Below are positions 14,187 to 16,578 of a DNA stretch of 16,578 bases, in pieces. The stretch covers positions 1-16,578 of the forward strand of contig DAHWNL010000018.1 of assembly GCA_027339965.1 (NCBI GenBank), in the 5' to 3' direction. The stretch is from Granulicella sp. Lineage in GTDB: Bacteria > Acidobacteriota > Terriglobia > Terriglobales > Acidobacteriaceae. Made by a program: the position numbers and the translations under genes. How positions within the stretch are numbered: the stretch's first letter is position 1; every line of letters begins with the position of its first letter. Under the pieces are notes generated by a model. The model was not told the origin of the DNA. It worked only from the letters and a program-made list of their open reading frames with translations, and made no database searches.

Positions 14187-16358
14187 ATGTCGCTCTCCCG
14201 CCGCACCTTTCTCCAGATGACCGCACTGGTCTCCGGTGGCCTTGCACTGAAGCTCTACGATCTTCCTGCCGCCGCCGATCCTCCCCGCCGGTCACCGCCC
14301 CACCTGAGCCCACGCGCCTTCGTCCAGATCTCCACTAGCGGCGTCATCACCATCATGGCCAAGAATCCGGAGATCGGCCAGGGCGTCAAGACCATGCTCC
14401 CCATGCTGATCGCCGAGGAACTGGATGCCGACTGGAAGACCGTCCGGGTCCAACAGGCCGAGCTCGACGAGGCTATCTACGGAGGGCAGGCAGCGGGCGG
14501 AAGCATGTCCACGCCGCTCAACTGGGATCCGCTGCGGCGGGTAGGCGCTGCCTGCCGCCAGATGCTGATCCAGGCAGCGGCCCAGCGCTGGAACGTCCCG
14601 GTCTCCTCTTGTACCACCTCTCCGAACCGCGTCCTTCATGCCGCCTCTTCGCGTTCCCTCACCTACGCGGAGCTGGCCACCGAGGCGGCGACGCTTACGC
14701 CCCCCGACCTCAGCTCGGTCCCGCTGAAAGACTCCAAAGACTATCGCATTATCGGCCACTCCCAGTCCGGGGTCGACAATCCCAGCATCACCACCGGCAA
14801 ACCTCTCTATGGCATCGATGTCGAGATTCCCGGGATGCTAAGCGCGGTGATCGCCAAGTGTCCGGTCTACGGCGGCAAGGTGCGCAGATTCAACCAGGCT
14901 GAGATCCAATCGCTCCCGGGCGTCCGCCATGTCATTCTGATCCCCGGCAGCCTCTCTGACGACCCTGTGGTCTCCAATCATGGCATGGAGCCGGGTATCG
15001 CCATCCTTGCCGACACCTGGTGGCAGGCGCAGTCGGCTCGCTCCAAACTGAAAGTGGAGTGGGATCCGGGCCGGGGAGCAAACCAGAGCACAGCAAACTT
15101 CGCAACCCGCGCCGCAGAGCTTTTGCAAGCCCCGCCAGCCAACTCCGTGCATACCAGCGGAGATGTGGACACTGCGCTGAGCAAAGCCGCCACAGTTGTC
15201 CAGGCAACCTATGCCTACCCCTTCATCGCCCACGCCACTCTAGAGCCCATGGACACCACCGCCTCCTACAAAGATGGAGCGATGGAGATCTGGACCACCA
15301 GCCAGGCCCCGGCCGGCGGCCGGCAGATGGTCGCCAAAGAGCTGAATCTACCCCTTGAGAAGATCACCGTCCACATGACTCGCACCGGTGGAGGCTTTGG
15401 GCGCCGCCTGCTGAACGAGTACATGGTGGAAGCCGCCTACCTGAGCCGCCAGACAGGGGTCCCCGTCAAGCTGGTATGGTCTCGCGAGGACGACTTCACG
15501 CATGATGCCTACCGCCCGGGAGGCTTTCACGGCTTCAAGGCCGGCCTGGACGCCAACGGCAAGCTGATCGCCTGGCGCCAACACATGATCACCTACGGGG
15601 TTGGAGACCAATACGCTAGCAGCGCCGGAATCGGCCCAACCGAGTTCCCCTCCGGCCACGTCGACAACTACGGTCTGTATACGACCGCCATGCCTCTCTG
15701 GCTACGTACCGGTCCTCTGCGCGCGCCCGGCGCCAACGCCCTCGCCTTTGTCGGCCAGGCCTTCCTGGATGAGGTGGCGGCGGCCGCTAAGCGCGACCCG
15801 CTGGAGTTTCAACTGGATCTGATCGGAACGGCGGATGAGCACTCCAAGAGGTTGCACGACGTTCTTGCCGTGGCTGCGGAGAGATCGGGATGGGCCAAAC
15901 GCACTCGCTCCGCGGGCAAAGGAATGGGCATCGCCTGCTATGCCTGTCACCTGGGCTACTTCGCTGAGGTCGCCGAGGTTACGGTGGTGGATGGAAACCT
16001 CATCAAAGTCGACCGAGTCTGGGCCGTAGGCGACATCGGCAGCCAGATCATCAACCCTGCCGCCGCGGAGAATCTGGTGCAGGGCGGGATCGTCGATGGC
16101 CTCAGCCAGATGGGTCAGGAGATTACCCTCGATGCAGGCCGCGTCGAGCAGACAAACTTCAACCGCTATCCTCTGCTGCGCATGAACCAGACGCCCGTCA
16201 TCGATACCTTCTTCCTCAAGACCTCCTACTCGCCCACCGGCCTGGGTGAACCTGCGCTCCCTCCAATCCTGCCGGCCGTCGCCAATGCCGTCTTTGCCGC
16301 CACCGGCAAGCGCATTCGCACTCTCCCACTGGCGCGCAGCGGCTTCCGCTTCGTCTAG
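14187..16358 (+). CDS. Molybdopterin-binding subunit, isoquinoline 1-oxidoreductase beta (IorB)/aldehyde oxidoreductase-like, with Tat signal
   Basis: N-terminal SRRTFLQ twin-arginine motif, EIGQG, AGGS, HATLEPM, GGGFGRR, WSREDD, LRAPG, GLGEP (catalytic Glu) and NAVFAATGKRIRTLP. SD GGAAGGA upstream. Confidence 0.94.
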   Translation: MSLSRRTFLQMTALVSGGLALKLYDLPAAADPPRRSPPHLSPRAFVQISTSGVITIMAKNPEIGQGVKTMLPMLIAEELDADWKTVRVQQAELDEAIYGGQAAGGSMSTPLNWDPLRRVGAACRQMLIQAAAQRWNVPVSSCTTSPNRVLHAASSRSLTYAELATEAATLTPPDLSSVPLKDSKDYRIIGHSQSGVDNPSITTGKPLYGIDVEIPGMLSAVIAKCPVYGGKVRRFNQAEIQSLPGVRHVILIPGSLSDDPVVSNHGMEPGIAILADTWWQAQSARSKLKVEWDPGRGANQSTANFATRAAELLQAPPANSVHTSGDVDTALSKAATVVQATYAYPFIAHATLEPMDTTASYKDGAMEIWTTSQAPAGGRQMVAKELNLPLEKITVHMTRTGGGFGRRLLNEYMVEAAYLSRQTGVPVKLVWSREDDFTHDAYRPGGFHGFKAGLDANGKLIAWRQHMITYGVGDQYASSAGIGPTEFPSGHVDNYGLYTTAMPLWLRTGPLRAPGANALAFVGQAFLDEVAAAAKRDPLEFQLDLIGTADEHSKRLHDVLAVAAERSGWAKRTRSAGKGMGIACYACHLGYFAEVAEVTVVDGNLIKVDRVWAVGDIGSQIINPAAAENLVQGGIVDGLSQMGQEITLDAGRVEQTNFNRYPLLRMNQTPVIDTFFLKTSYSPTGLGEPALPPILPAVANAVFAATGKRIRTLPLARSGFRFV

Positions 16359-16480
16359 TCAAACTGGGGCGATTGGTCTTTCTCCGCTGGGCTCTGGGCT
16401 GTTTTGTTCCACAGCGTCTCACGGCCGAACATGTGACCAGCACCTTGGAACCAGCACTCCGTTCCGGGGAACCGCGGGAG

Positions 16481-16506
16481 GAGCAGCCCGGCGCGAAGGG
16501 CTGCTC
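16481..16506 (+). terminator. GC-rich hairpin downstream of the molybdoenzyme operon
   Basis: GAGCAGCCC (16481-16489) and GGGCTGCTC (16498-16506) form a perfect 9-bp stem with an 8-nt loop. Confidence 0.45.
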
Positions 16507-16578
16507 TAAAGCATTTTCAGTGTTGGTGGGTACACCGGAGAGGGCGTGCAGTGGCGTTTTCATTGGGGAAAACGCCCA

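Noticed and set aside
13689..16358. Calling the pair aerobic CO dehydrogenase (coxSL) or xanthine dehydrogenase
   Set aside because: It lacks the AYxCSFR active-site motif and an FAD subunit, and has a Tat signal and IorB-type domain order.
2607..16358. ctaA, cox3-like and ior genes as one respiratory gene cluster
   Set aside because: They are separated by unrelated genes and appear to have separate promoters. The sequence gives no evidence of co-regulation.

Overview
GC-rich bacterial chromosomal window, nearly all genes on the + strand. Acidobacteriota (Terriglobia-like) origin is my inference from protein family features and is not verified. It opens inside the 3' part of a type I restriction subunit (hsdR), then has proC, a CtaA/COX15 heme A synthase, and a minus-strand small secreted protein with LEA-like 11-mer repeats. 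A likely LacI-regulated sugar operon follows (SSS symporter, 80-aa membrane microprotein, L-fucose/L-arabinose isomerase-family enzyme), then ppk1, pdxS-pdxT, an orphan cytochrome oxidase subunit III-like gene, and an IorAB-like Tat-exported molybdoenzyme pair. I found no CRISPR array, tRNA, rRNA or transposase. Most content is housekeeping or metabolic and I cannot claim a clearly new system. The best candidates are the SSS/microprotein/isomerase operon with its promoter enclosed by a perfect 12-bp inverted repeat, three unrelated short tandem repeats in intergenic regions, apparently leaderless starts for proC/ctaA/pdxT, and a structured leader upstream of the molybdoenzyme operon.
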